Source: Rhynchopus sp. YZ270_cl-10
Taxonomy: Eukaryota
Direction of reading: 5' to 3'
Length of the DNA: 64,000 bases
Assembly: GCA_964035575.1 (NCBI GenBank)
Contig: OZ037844.1
Coordinates: 310,001-374,000 of the forward strand
How positions within the stretch are numbered: position 1 is the first letter of the stretch; each line of letters begins with the position of its first letter. This document shows, piece after piece, positions 23,905-35,030 of this stretch. A program made the position numbers and the translations under genes. The notes below the pieces were generated by a model. That model had not been told where the DNA came from, made no database searches, and was given only the letters and a program-made list of their open reading frames with translations.

Positions 23905-25020
23905 TCAAGCTTCCTCCTCCGCAGGTGGGTCTTGGTCGACCATGTCGAACACATCTTCATTTTTGTCTTCAGATGCAATATCGAGTTGTGTTGCGTTGTT
24001 GGAGCGCCCTGAGAGGAAGATCTTGAGCCGCGTGAAAGCAAAGGTGTTGTTCTTCACGATGCACACACCGTACACACCGGCCGCAATCAGAAGAAGTAGA
24101 AAAAAGAGAGTGCTAGAAAGAGTAGAAGAAGAAGGGGTCGTTGGCACGACGCCAATGATCACCCCCTCCGGCTTCCCCCACTTCAACGTTGTCGTCGACG
24201 CATTCGTGAGAAGGAACACCGCGAAAGACCCTGACACACAACGCACATCAAACTCAACAGGGTTGCCCCCAGGTATCTTCACCTCCTCCGTTCTTGGTGA
24301 AGAGCTCACGATATGAATTGTTCCGTTGGGGGAAATGATGTGCACAGCACCGACATTGAAGTTAAGCACCTTAAACACAAGGTCGTCGTTGTTGGTGCAT
24401 ATCACCTGCCCAAAAATATTTTCCCCAGATTTCCCTTTCATATCCCCTTCGGCTGGTAAAGTGAGGTGAGCGGAAAACCCTGGTTGCGAAGAAAGTGCTA
24501 GAAAATCTGCCAGGGTTTTGACTTTGTCGATGTAGGTGTGGGTGACGGGGTTTCCTGTTGTGTTGGGGATCAATCTGACGATGTGGTCGGCAGAGAACGT
24601 CATGTAGCAGTTTGCGTCCTCGGACAACGAGTGAAATGCGAGCGGGTAGTGTCCCAGGTACCGGATGTTGATCGAGAGCGGGATTGTCATATTTTCCTTG
24701 ATGTGAACTATCTCCGTCCAGAAGATCTGGCGTTGACCGTTGTACGCTTCTAGGGCAAATACCACCTCAGCTTCGTCCTTGCACCCCTCCCCCCACGACG
24801 GCCCCCGCGTCACCACCATGCTGTCCAGAAACACTTTGTTCGTCCTGTACAGATTGTCTTCAAGCGATTTGTCCTCCTCCTGGTTGCTAATACCTTCCAG
24901 CACAACGGTGCTCTGCTTCGCACCGTGCAGTTCCGTGTTGGTCTTTGCTGCGATGAGGTACGTCGGATCCGCTGCGACCAACCCACACCACAGCGGCAGG
25001 AGATATAAGTGCTGCATCAT
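23905..25020 (-). CDS. Predicted type I membrane protein, paralogue 4 (371 aa)
   Basis: Start placed at the MMQHL codon shared with the paralogues. There is an in-frame S/T-rich insertion in the TM region. Confidence 0.8.
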   Translation of the reverse strand: MMQHLYLLPLWCGLVAADPTYLIAAKTNTELHGAKQSTVVLEGISNQEEDKSLEDNLYRTNKVFLDSMVVTRGPSWGEGCKDEAEVVFALEAYNGQRQIFWTEIVHIKENMTIPLSINIRYLGHYPLAFHSLSEDANCYMTFSADHIVRLIPNTTGNPVTHTYIDKVKTLADFLALSSQPGFSAHLTLPAEGDMKGKSGENIFGQVICTNNDDLVFKVLNFNVGAVHIISPNGTIHIVSSSPRTEEVKIPGGNPVEFDVRCVSGSFAVFLLTNASTTTLKWGKPEGVIIGVVPTTPSSSTLSSTLFFLLLLIAAGVYGVCIVKNNTFAFTRLKIFLSGRSNNATQLDIASEDKNEDVFDMVDQDPPAEEEA

Positions 25021-25702
25021 GTAAAAGCACTCTAAAAACACCTGTCTTTTGAAATAGGGCGGGAAGGGGTTGACATGTTGTGAAAAGTCAAGAAAAAATA
25101 AACATAGTGGCCGACGACCCCAAAATAGCAGAAAATAGCAGAAAATAGCACCCCCTTTCAGCCATACCACATAGTGTAAAAAAAAAACGCCTCTTAGACA
25201 AGCCATCAACAGACAGGTTTGTGAGGTGAGTGGCTGAACTGGAAGGGGTTGACACATTGTAAGTGCAGGGACGAAGTGGGATGGGTTTTGTGTGGGGGAG
25301 CGTGGCCTTGTCGTCTGTCGCAGCGACACAAATCATTTACAGTCAAAGCTAAGGTGGCTTTTTCCCCCACCTTACATCTGTTGGACAACAAGAGGAGGCA
25401 GGGAGAAAAAGGGGACCGAATAAGAAGAAGAATTGATTGAAGATACTATCAAAGCCAAGCAGATGACATTGCGCAACTGAGATAAAATCACTGAAACAGC
25501 ATTGTACGTTAAGAGCTCCACTTCTCAAGTTCTGCCTTGAGACGCTTGTACTCTGCCGCCAACTGCAAGTTCTGAGTGACGTTTTTCGTTCATCCGCATC
25601 GCCAAGTTGTGCTCCTCCCATATCTTATGCATATCAGCCTGCAGGTCTTACTGTGTCCCTGCTGGCTCTGCTGGCTGCGGCACCATCGGCTTCGCCATCG
25701 TA

Positions 25703-26764
25703 TCATGCGTCAACTTCTTCTATTCCACTGTCGATAACGATGTGCACGTCGCGAGGAAGCCGTCCAGCCCAAGTGTCTGCTTGCATGCTGGTGAGGGCAA
25801 CTGTCGACAATGCTGTGCATCCTAATAGGCAGTAGTGCCCGATGTAAGTGACTGCTTTCATGCCTGTGAGGTCAACAGTCGACAACGCTGTGCAGTCAGA
25901 TAGGCAGTAGTCCCCGATGGAAGTGACTGATTTCATGCCTGTAAGGTCAACGGTCGACAACGTCGTGCAATCAGATAAGAAGTAGTTCCCGATCGAAGTG
26001 ACTGCTTGCATGCCGGTGAAATCAACAGTCGACAATGCTGTGCAACCACCTAGGAAGCAGTCACCCATCGAAGTGACTGCTTGCATTCCTGTGAGGTCAA
26101 CAGTCGACAACGCTGTGCAGTCAGATAGGCAGTAGTCCCCGATGGAAGTGACTGATTTCATGCCTGTGAGGTCAACGGTCGACAACGTCGTGCAACCAGA
26201 TAAGAAGTAGCTCCCGATCGAAGTGACTGCTTGCATGCCTGTGAGGTCAACAGTCGACAACATCGTGCAACTTTCTAGGAACTGCATCCCAATTGCGGTG
26301 ACGAAGGGCAACCTTGGTAGGTCCAGTATGGTGTTGCAGTGAGGAAGGGAAGTGTCACGAATGTCATCCACAATCGACACGCAACTGGAACCAATGCACG
26401 TTACTGCACTATTCTGGAAGAAGCTGTTTGGGATCGCAGTCACAACTTCTGCCTGCAGAAACAAGGAAGCCACCTTCGGATCGGTCACCTCCTTCAACCT
26501 TTCATCTGTGATGTCGGCCTCACCCAGTGCATGAAGTGCTGCTATGGCCTCGTATTTCATCGTTTTCGTCAGTACTACTTTGTCCCCAGCACTCAGTTCT
26601 GTGATGTCCTCCCCTTCCTCCTTCCCTCCGAAGCCCATATGAAAGCTGTCTTCGGCCAACCCCGTTGCTGTCGCCACCTTCCGACGCAGGGCCTCCGTTG
26701 TGTCATCCTCACCCACCTCGATCACATGCTCCGTTTCGTCATACCCCTGTATCGTCACATCCAT
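25703..26764 (-). CDS. Ubiquitin-like N-terminal domain plus BspA-type leucine-rich repeat protein
   Basis: MDVTIQG...IEVGEDDTTEALRRKVA matches a Ubl pattern, followed by 23-aa repeats LSTVDLTGMQAVTSIGxxFLxxCTx. An alternative ATG lies at 26839. Confidence 0.85.
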   Translation of the reverse strand: MDVTIQGYDETEHVIEVGEDDTTEALRRKVATATGLAEDSFHMGFGGKEEGEDITELSAGDKVVLTKTMKYEAIAALHALGEADITDERLKEVTDPKVASLFLQAEVVTAIPNSFFQNSAVTCIGSSCVSIVDDIRDTSLPHCNTILDLPRLPFVTAIGMQFLESCTMLSTVDLTGMQAVTSIGSYFLSGCTTLSTVDLTGMKSVTSIGDYCLSDCTALSTVDLTGMQAVTSMGDCFLGGCTALSTVDFTGMQAVTSIGNYFLSDCTTLSTVDLTGMKSVTSIGDYCLSDCTALSTVDLTGMKAVTYIGHYCLLGCTALSTVALTSMQADTWAGRLPRDVHIVIDSGIEEVDA

Positions 26765-27482
26765 TTTTTGTGTGTCTTTCTCTGTTTGTGTTGTGGGATC
26801 AGGGAACAGGGATCCCAACTCTCCCGAAGCTGGAGTCATGCTGACGGCCACGTATCACTGATTAGGAAATGACGCACACCTCCGAGATCAAGGACGACAG
26901 AGTGATCATGCTCAAGGGCGCTACGAAAAAGAACAGAGTGATCATTGCAGTTCAGTGAGGCACCTAGCAAGGAATCTTGTGCTCAAATAAACGGTAAGGA
27001 GGGTTGTCCAAACTTAAACACCTTTTCTGACACTCCTTTTCTCGTTTTTTACCTTAGCAAAAATCCGAAAAAATCTGAAAAAGGGATCGAAGGGAAAGGG
27101 GTCTGATATATTCTGAAGATTTCTAAGTTTTTTTTTTTTACCCCACCAGAAACGATACAAGTTTTTATCAATACAAACAATGGTGGTGTGGCTGAAGGGT
27201 GATTCGCACTTTTCCGCACTTTTTTGCTCCCCCCCTTTCAGCCACACCAATTAGGAGAAAAGCTTTTTTTTTTGAAAACATGGTTGTATTAGTGTAGACA
27301 CCCGAGGATGAACTCCACTATATTTGTTGGGGACGGGGCATTTTTTAGTGGACCTCCACACCTCCTCACCTCTTCATTGTGTGAGTCGAGAGGGGTTCTG
27401 CAACACCAAAACAGGAGGGCCTATTGCTTACAGAAGTCCAGCCACTGCTTTTTTTTGAAAAGGGGTTTTTATGAAAAGCTTT

Positions 27483-28497
27483 GGGTGATCTATGAACGGG
27501 GAGAGATTTTTTCACTAGCTCTCAGTAAGCTCTCACAGGCTCTCACAGACTCTCACAAGCTCTCACAGGCTCTCACAAGGTCTCACAGGCTCTCACAGCT
27601 CTCACTAACTCTCACTAGGCTCTCACAGGCTCTCACAAGCTCTCACAGGCTCTCACAGGCTCTCACAGGCTCTCACAGGCTCTCACTCACTCTGAGGGGT
27701 TTTTTGTTAGTGGTGTGGTGTGGCTGGCAACATGTATTCTGTGGTGGTCAAACGTGAAATATTCCTTCTTCAATGGATTTATTGGGTGTATGTTATACTG
27801 GGACAATGTGGTCAGATCACTCTTCAGACCACCTGGCGTTTGTATTGTGTATACTGTGTATACTGTGTATACTGTGTATACTGTGTATACTGTGTATACT
27901 GTGTATACTGTGTATACTGTGTATACTGTGTATACTGTGTATACTGTGTATACTGTGTATACTGTGTATACTGTGTATACTGTGTATACTGTGTATACTG
28001 TGTATACTGTGTATACTGTGTATACTGTGTATACTGTGTATACTGTGTATACTGTGTATACTGTGTATACTGTGTATACTGTGTATACTGTGTATACTGT
28101 GTATACTGTGTATACTGTGTATACTGTGTATACTGTGTATACTGTGTATACTGTGTATACTGTGTATACTGTGTATACTGTGTATACTGTGTATACTGTG
28201 TATACTGTAGGTCATCAGCTCTCAGTAAGCTCTCACAGCTCCCACTAGCTCCCACTAGCTCTCACTAACTCCCAGTAAGCTCTCACAAGCTCTCAGTAAG
28301 CTCCCACAGCTCCCACTAGCTCTCACTAACTCTCACTAGCTCTCAGTAAGCTCTCACAGGCTCTCACAAGCTCTCACAAGGTCTCACAAGCTCTCACAGG
28401 CTCTCACAGACTCTCACAAGCTCTCACAAGGTCTCACAGGCTCTCACAAGCTCTCACAGCCTGTTACGTGTCCCACGGAGACGATCATAGATCACCC
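27483..28497. mobile_element. TIR element 'H' with a 7-bp TSD (AAGCTTT) and CTCTCACAGG-type subterminal repeats
   Basis: AAGCTTT|GGGTGATCTATGA...TCATAGATCACCC|AAGCTTT. Internal 27690-27838 recurs at 35690-35832. Confidence 0.7.
27846..28208. repeat. (TGTGTATAC)n, about 40 units (reverse complement of the 16619 array)
   Basis: Read directly from the sequence. Confidence 0.97.
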
Positions 28498-28560
28498 AAG
28501 CTTTTGACACAACACCAACGAATTAACTCCCTTTTTATTTACAAAAAAAAAACATAAGTA

Positions 28561-29990
28561 TCATGCACTCTGTCTCCTCTTCGCACGCTTTGCCAACAGC
28601 CCCCTCACATCGGAGAGAGACGACTTCAGTGCGTCCAACGCCTCTGCGTGCCCACCTTCCTCCTCCCCATCCCCCTCCCCGCCCTCTGTCGGCACACTCG
28701 CGGCGCTTACTGTCTCCACATCCGCTCGCGACAGGGAGCGCTCCCCTTCTGCGCCCTCCTCCTCCTCATCCTTTAGCTCCTTCAGCTCTTCATCCGGCAA
28801 GGACATTGCGCCACATGCCTCAAGGTGTGTGCTCTCTGGGGTAGGGGCATCTGGCTGTGGATAGGTCTGGACAGGGGGGAGGTGCTCGGTGTGTCGGTGT
28901 TGTGGTGCGACGTCTTCGTCATCAGGCATGACGCAGTCGAGGTGCTTCAGACGTTCGTGAAGGCGGCGTAGGTCTTGGTCTTGGTCCTGGTTCGGCCGTG
29001 CCGTGCGGTGTGTGGTGGTGGTGTCGGGGAGGGGGGGTGCGTGCTGTGCGGGCGGCTGCGTGCGTCCTGCCCGCCACAGCATCTGCTGTGCTTCCTTGAG
29101 TCGCAGGTTCTCCACCTCTAGGCGGCCGATCGTGTTGTCAGCAGCCTCGTAGCGCTGTAGCGCTGCGGTGTGGCTGTGCCGCAGGTGTTCGTGCTCTTGC
29201 TTCAACTGGGATAGTTGCTGCATCAGCTTCGTGTTTAGCATTTTGTACGGCTGGACCTGGGGAAGTGGAAAAATGGCGGAAAGCTTGTAATGAGTGTGTT
29301 TTGGGAGGGGGTAAAAGACCGTATCATATATTTGTGCACCCCTGATAAGGGGAAGAGAAACTTCTTTGAGTGTCATGAAACAGTTTTTTGATTATTGTTA
29401 GGGGAATTGAGGGGATAAAAAAAAAGGAATACCTGTTGTGCAGCTTCGAAGCTGGCTTCTTGTAATTTGAGTTCGTGCCGGGCTTCCTGTTGTTCGAGTT
29501 GCGCTTGGAGGCGGATAGCGGCAGCATCTTTCTGCTGGAGGTCATGCGTCAGCGCCTGCACTGCTTTGGAGAGTTGTGTTCTGTCTCGCGTGCTCGACGT
29601 CTGCGCAGACACGAGACGTTCCTTGAGGGCGAGGATCTGCAGTTTGAGTGCACCTTCGAAGTCGTCGCAGTGCTTCTCCTTAGAGAGTGCACGCTCTTGG
29701 GTGATGGCCGTCTCTACCTGCAGCGTGGCACAGTGCGCACGCATGCTGTCATGCGCCTGCGACAGGTCCTGAACACGCCTGTCCAGCTTCCCACAATGCG
29801 CCGCCTCACCACGCGCTACGTCCCTCTCTCCTTCTGCCTCCGCCAGCGTGCCCCTCAGCGCCACGTTCTCTTCATGTGCCTCAGCCAGACGTTCCTCCAG
29901 CACAGCACGCACAGCACGCTCCTCCACAAGCGCCTCCTTCAGCACGTCCCTATAGCTCTCCTGCACACCAACCAACGCTATTCGATCCAT
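28561..29990 (-). CDS. Two-exon coiled-coil protein (about 417 aa); exons 29990-29433 and 29256-28561
   Basis: An AT-rich 176-bp phase-0 intron (CAG|GTATTCC...TTCCCCAG|GTC, 29432-29257) joins two GC-rich ORFs in frame. The product is E/Q/R/L-rich. Confidence 0.85.
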
Positions 29991-30267
29991 ATGTTGTGTG
30001 AAGGCGTCTGGATGAAGCGATAGGAGGGGGGGTGGGGTTTTTGATAAATAAATATTTTTTTTTGAATAGATAAAAGCAATAAATTACTTTTTATTTAAAA
30101 CAAAAGGCACTCCGTATCCAAAACAGGGGGGCAGTCTGGGGACAAAAACAGATTTCTGTATTGGGGAGGGTGGGAGTGTTTTTCGCTAAAAGGTAGGATT
30201 AAAAGTAAAAGAAAATGATGTAAAACATCGGGTAGTCGGGTCCACTTGGAAAATACATAACTACATA

Positions 30268-31671
30268 CAGTGTGACACAGAATTAATGGCCGATGAAGAC
30301 ATTTTATAAAAAAACGGCAAATTTTGACAAGGACATATTCAAAACACCCCCAAAACATAAAATATTTACGCCCAGGAACACAATAAAAGCAAAAATATAA
30401 TGGTTAAGGGTAAAGTGAACACTGAGGCCACGAGGGAAGGGTTGCGCCTACAGGCAGCGTCGCTAGTCGTTGTTGGCGGTAAGAGCCATGATGAGGTGGC
30501 GGAGTTGCTGAACGTTGCGAAGAGGAGTTTGGGTAGGTGGGTGAAGGAGTACCGCGCTGGAGAGCGGAATTTTTCGGACAAGCCAGGGAGGGGACGCAAG
30601 AGATCGGCCACCACCGACACCGTTAAGAATAGGGTGGTTAGACACATGCGGGGCAAGCGGTTTCAGTCTTGCAGGAAAGTAGCGTCGCGACTACAGATTT
30701 CGAGGGAGAGTGTCCGCAGGTGCCTGAAGGAGAAGGGGCTGAAGCCCGTTCAAACGAAGAGCAAACCAAAGCTCTCGGAAAAGAACATCACTGCCCGGAT
30801 AGAGTTTGCTGAAACGCATCGAAACACCGACTGGTCAAAGGTGATGTTCACCGATGAAAAAGACTTTTGGCTTTTTTCTCGGGTGAGCAAGAAGAACGAT
30901 GTTGTCTGGGTTGCAGATGGTGATGAGCCGCCCCCAACCGTTGATAAGGTCAGGGCTACGCAGAAGGTTCACGTCTGGGGAGGAATCACCACCAGAGGTA
31001 AGACGAAGCTCTATTTCTATGACGGTGCTCTCAATGCAGAGAAGTACCGTACGCTCGTCTTACAGAAAGCGCTCAAAGAAATAAAAGAACTCCTGCCTGA
31101 CAGTAGCTACACGTTTCAGCAGGATGGGGCACCCTGCCACACTGCGAACGTTACTCAAGCATTCCTCTCCTCCCAACCTTTCTCGTTCCTCCCTAAAGCT
31201 GACTGGCCAGGCAACTCCCCTGATCTCAATCCTATTGAGAACCTGTGGGCCAAGCTGCAGACTGCAGTCAACGAACGGGAGCCCAAAGACGTGTCAGCAC
31301 TTAAACGTGCCATCAACAAGGAATGGTCCAAGATGGACAATAGCTTCGTTGCACGTTACATCATGTCAATGCCACGACGCCTAGACGCAGTTCGCAATTC
31401 CAACGGAATGCACACAAAATACTAATGCATGCTCTATTTATTTTTGTGCACCCACTCGTTTGTACTGCTACACTGTATTTTTTTTTTTTACACATACACC
31501 CTTTTTTACCAAAAAGGGATATTTCCATGTTAATATTTTCCCCACACACACACTTTTCATACACGGCCAGTTGAAAATGCAATGAAATGAGTCAAATTTT
31601 GCCTATTTTTTAGAATAATATAACAATTTTTACAAAATGTCGTCATCGGCCATTAATTCTGTGTCACACTG
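30268..31671 (+). mobile_element. Intact Tc1/mariner superfamily transposon (1404 bp), TA TSD
   Basis: TA|CAGTGTGACACAGAATTAATGGCCGATGA...TCATCGGCCATTAATTCTGTGTCACACTG|TA. TIRs are about 45 bp with 2 mismatches. Confidence 0.97.
30400..31425 (+). CDS. DD37E transposase, 341 aa
   Basis: HTH region with a GRGRK linker, then VMFTDEK, FQQDGAPCH and WPGNSPDLNPIENLW. I counted 37 residues between the second D and the E. Confidence 0.95.
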   Translation: MVKGKVNTEATREGLRLQAASLVVVGGKSHDEVAELLNVAKRSLGRWVKEYRAGERNFSDKPGRGRKRSATTDTVKNRVVRHMRGKRFQSCRKVASRLQISRESVRRCLKEKGLKPVQTKSKPKLSEKNITARIEFAETHRNTDWSKVMFTDEKDFWLFSRVSKKNDVVWVADGDEPPPTVDKVRATQKVHVWGGITTRGKTKLYFYDGALNAEKYRTLVLQKALKEIKELLPDSSYTFQQDGAPCHTANVTQAFLSSQPFSFLPKADWPGNSPDLNPIENLWAKLQTAVNEREPKDVSALKRAINKEWSKMDNSFVARYIMSMPRRLDAVRNSNGMHTKY

Positions 31672-32905
31672 TATAAGTAGTATATAAAGCACGTAGCCCT
31701 AAAAAGTACAAGGACCAAGAACCGACATGAACAGGGACCAAAGAGTCGTGGTGAATTCAAATAATGATCAGTTACCGAGAAACAACCACTGGTCGACAAA
31801 CACTAGAAAAGGAAAATCAGCTGAAAAGAAAACGAAAACGTGATATTCTAACTTGTATCTGGCGTAATAAAAAACGGCGTCCACGTATCATTGGTTGAGC
31901 GACGCTTGCCCAGATGACCCGTACCAGGAGAATAAAATTACAAAGAAAAGGAAAATAACAAAATAAACAAAAAGCACAACAAGAGTATCCCAAAGTAGTA
32001 TACAGACAGCACAACTCCCTACAAGGATGTGGCGGCAAGGCCGGTCTGACAACAAAGTTCTTGAACACATACAAAGATGTGTACAAGAACTTTGTTTTGT
32101 TTGAGGTATTTTAGTAAAAAAGAAAAGAAAATGGTTGGAATAGGGAAAACAAGTTGGATTAGTATTTATTGTATAAGCCCAGTGTTTCCCAGCATCTCAC
32201 CTAACTCTGAAAATAGGTGAGATTTTGCGGTTTTGCGGGTTTTTGTATAGGTGTGGCGAGCCCGGGCGCGCTTCGCGCGCCCGGGTCCCCACCTTAGCTC
32301 AAGTTGGGGGCCTCCGGCGGAATGTGAGAATTTCTCGGAGTTCGGCACTTCATTGATATTTGCACCAGTACATTTACAAAATAAACGGCAGTCATGGCAG
32401 GCATGACACCCAAGCGAAGCCACGGTACGCATCATTTCTAAAAATTGTTGACATAAATGTCACTGTCGTTGGAAGATTGGGGGGTCAGCTTGTTTTTGTG
32501 CCCAAAATTTCTCAGCACTGCTGACCAGGGACATTGGGAACATAGGGATTTTTGCGGAGCAAAAAAAAAATCAAACAAATGGCGCCGCAGGCGAAAAAAA
32601 ATTAGGGTACAGTGTAAAAATCTATCTTTTTTACAGCACATAGTCACACACCTATTATGGTCCTAACCCTTTTTTGCGGAGCAAAAAAGGGAAAATGGCG
32701 CCGCAGGCAAAAAAAAATTGAGGTACAGCCTGGATGGTGCGGTCAGCAACCCAGTTCCCCATGGTACTCCCGTGGTTCAACCATGATTTTTTTTTTTTTT
32801 TTTTTTTCCTGCAGGTGAGATTTCTCACCTCACTTTTTTTTTTTTTGAAAACTTGGTTGTTTTAGTGTAGACACCCGAAGATGAACTCCACTATACTACA
32901 CGCGT

Positions 32906-33406
32906 CTAAGTGATGCCGGAGTTACTCCATGCAATGCTCATGGCGGTCGTCGTCGTCCAGTCTCGATTGGGCGGCGGCGGCGGCACTGGCTTCTTGGCTG
33001 CAGTCAACCCACGGTCGGGTGGGGGCGGCGGCGGGGGCTTGTTCTTCAGCGCCTTGTGAGGCGTCTTGACCTTCCCACCGGTGGTGCACGTCATGGTGGG
33101 GGTCGCTGTTGTTGTGGCTCCTGCGGGGAAGCAGGCGCCGGGTGTCTCGTCTTCGGTGCAAGTCGCTGCTGCTGCTCGCACCAACATCGCAAGCGCTACG
33201 GCCCGCGGTGTCACGTCATGTGGCGGTTGCACCGCCGTTTCCTCTTCTGCCACCTCTATCGTGAGCTGCGAGATCAGCCCCGATAGAGTGCATGCAGCTG
33301 ACACCAGGTCGGCCGCATCACACCACTCATCCTCAGTCATCGCTTCAGCCGTCATAGCCCGCGCCTGAGCAATCGCCATATCATATCTCCTTAAAAGGAG
33401 AGTCAT
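32906..33406 (-). CDS. 166-aa Ala/Thr/Pro-rich ORF filling a mini TIR cassette
   Basis: ATG-to-TAG GC-rich ORF bounded by ATACTACACGCG (32893-32904) and CGCGTGTAGTAT (33410-33421). No recognisable domain. Confidence 0.4.
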   Translation of the reverse strand: MTLLLRRYDMAIAQARAMTAEAMTEDEWCDAADLVSAACTLSGLISQLTIEVAEEETAVQPPHDVTPRAVALAMLVRAAAATCTEDETPGACFPAGATTTATPTMTCTTGGKVKTPHKALKNKPPPPPPPDRGLTAAKKPVPPPPPNRDWTTTTAMSIAWSNSGIT

Positions 33407-34993
33407 ATTCGCGTGTAGTATGGTGGGAGAGGGCGAACCCCCTCCCTTCCTCCTGTATGGGGGACTCCACTGGTGGGGACCAATGAAGTACAGCAGACCT
33501 GACGCTAAACAGTTACGAAAATCGCACTTTTTGGGCTTGGAATTCGGGTTTTTTTACGGGTTTTTTTACACGGGAAAAAGGTACATTTTTCGACCCTGGC
33601 CCATGTCTGGTGGTGAAAATCATAATTTTTTTGCCCACATGATACGTTTCGAACACACTTATCGCTAAATATGCCGTTTTCCCCGAAAATTTTGAGAACC
33701 CCACGTCCAATTTCTTTCGTTTTTGGTGCTCCGGGAGGGGTCGATATTGACAGGTCGCTGACAGGTCGCTGACACAGGGACTCTATACACACACCCCCTG
33801 ATATTGACAGGTCGTTGACCGACTTCCGAAAGCACCAGTTTTGGAGAAAAAAAAATTCGCGCTGCGCGCGAAAAAGGTCCTCAGAAGCTCAATTCCGAAA
33901 GCAAATACGGGGAGCGAAGTCTTCCAACTCCTCCGCCATCAGCAGGAACACCTCCGTTTTCTCTTGAACCTGTTACGCTTGTGCTGAGAAACAAGGCAAC
34001 AGCGTGTTCAAGAATATTCCCCATCTTTCCGTTGTTAAACTCGGTGCCTGTTCATGAAGAACCATCAGCTTCTCAATAGTGCTGTGAGAAAGGCGGTGGC
34101 GTCTCTTTGCGTAGATGTAGTCAGGAGAGAGAATCCTTGTTCAACAGCAACCAAAGACGGGGAGTGCACTACCGGTGCAGCCTACAAAACCCGTGCGAGA
34201 GTGTCCCCATTTTCCAAGAAAACTTCGAAAAAACCGCGTTCTGGCGAAGCCACGGTACGCCACATTTCAAAATTGCGCTTAAAATTGCACTTTTTTCGCA
34301 GCCAAACTATGTCATAAGAAGGGTGTAATGCAAGCTTGCGCCGCAGGCGCACGGTACGCTACTTTTTTCTTTGGCCATATCCTTCTTTCTCACTCCTTAT
34401 TGGGTTCGACGTGCTCCGTCCGTCAAATGGTGGGGTCACAACATGCAGCAAAGTTTGCAACTACGCAAACTGCCCCCACGTTCACTTTGTACTTTTCCTT
34501 CAGAAGACAAGTACCATCGGGAACATACGGAACTGAATTTTTTTTTGCGAAGCAAAAAAAAATAATATAAAATGGCGCCGCAGGCGAAAAAAATTAGGGT
34601 ACGGTGTAAAAATATAGCTATTTACACCACAGAGCAGTCACTCAACGAACCCTTTTTGCGGAGCAAAAAATGAAAAATGGCGCCGCAGGCAAAAAAAAAA
34701 ATTGAAGGTACAGCCTCCCGGGTCAACCCTACAGAATTTTCCCGTAAAAAAAAAAAGACTCCTCAAAATTTCCCGGAAAAAAAAAGGATTTCCCGCGTAA
34801 AATTTCCCGTAAAAAAAACGACTTCCCCACGTAAAATTTCCCGTAAAAAAAACGACCTCTCAAGGATTTTGGAATTCCACTACGCGGTTTAGCAACATCC
34901 CTGAAGTACAGACACTTTTTTTTTTTTTTTGTGAGATTTCTCACCCCAAAATCTCACCGTGGGAAACACTGTATAAGCCAATTCAGTTCGTAT

Positions 34994-35030
<37 letters not shown>

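Noticed and set aside
25021..25329. N-terminal extensions of the ORF-track calls (474-aa, 338-aa and 938-aa versions)
   Set aside because: They depend on upstream or alternative start codons in leader sequence. The paralogues share the downstream ATG, and the 474-aa extension crosses a mini-element insertion.
33377..33402. Shine-Dalgarno-like AAGGAGA before an ATG on the minus strand
   Set aside because: It is one arm of a TCTCCTT/AAGGAGA hairpin in a eukaryotic context, with no other bacterial signal.
34054..34200. VRKAVA peptide similar to the Crypton fragment
   Set aside because: The match is too short, and the surrounding frames show no recombinase pattern.
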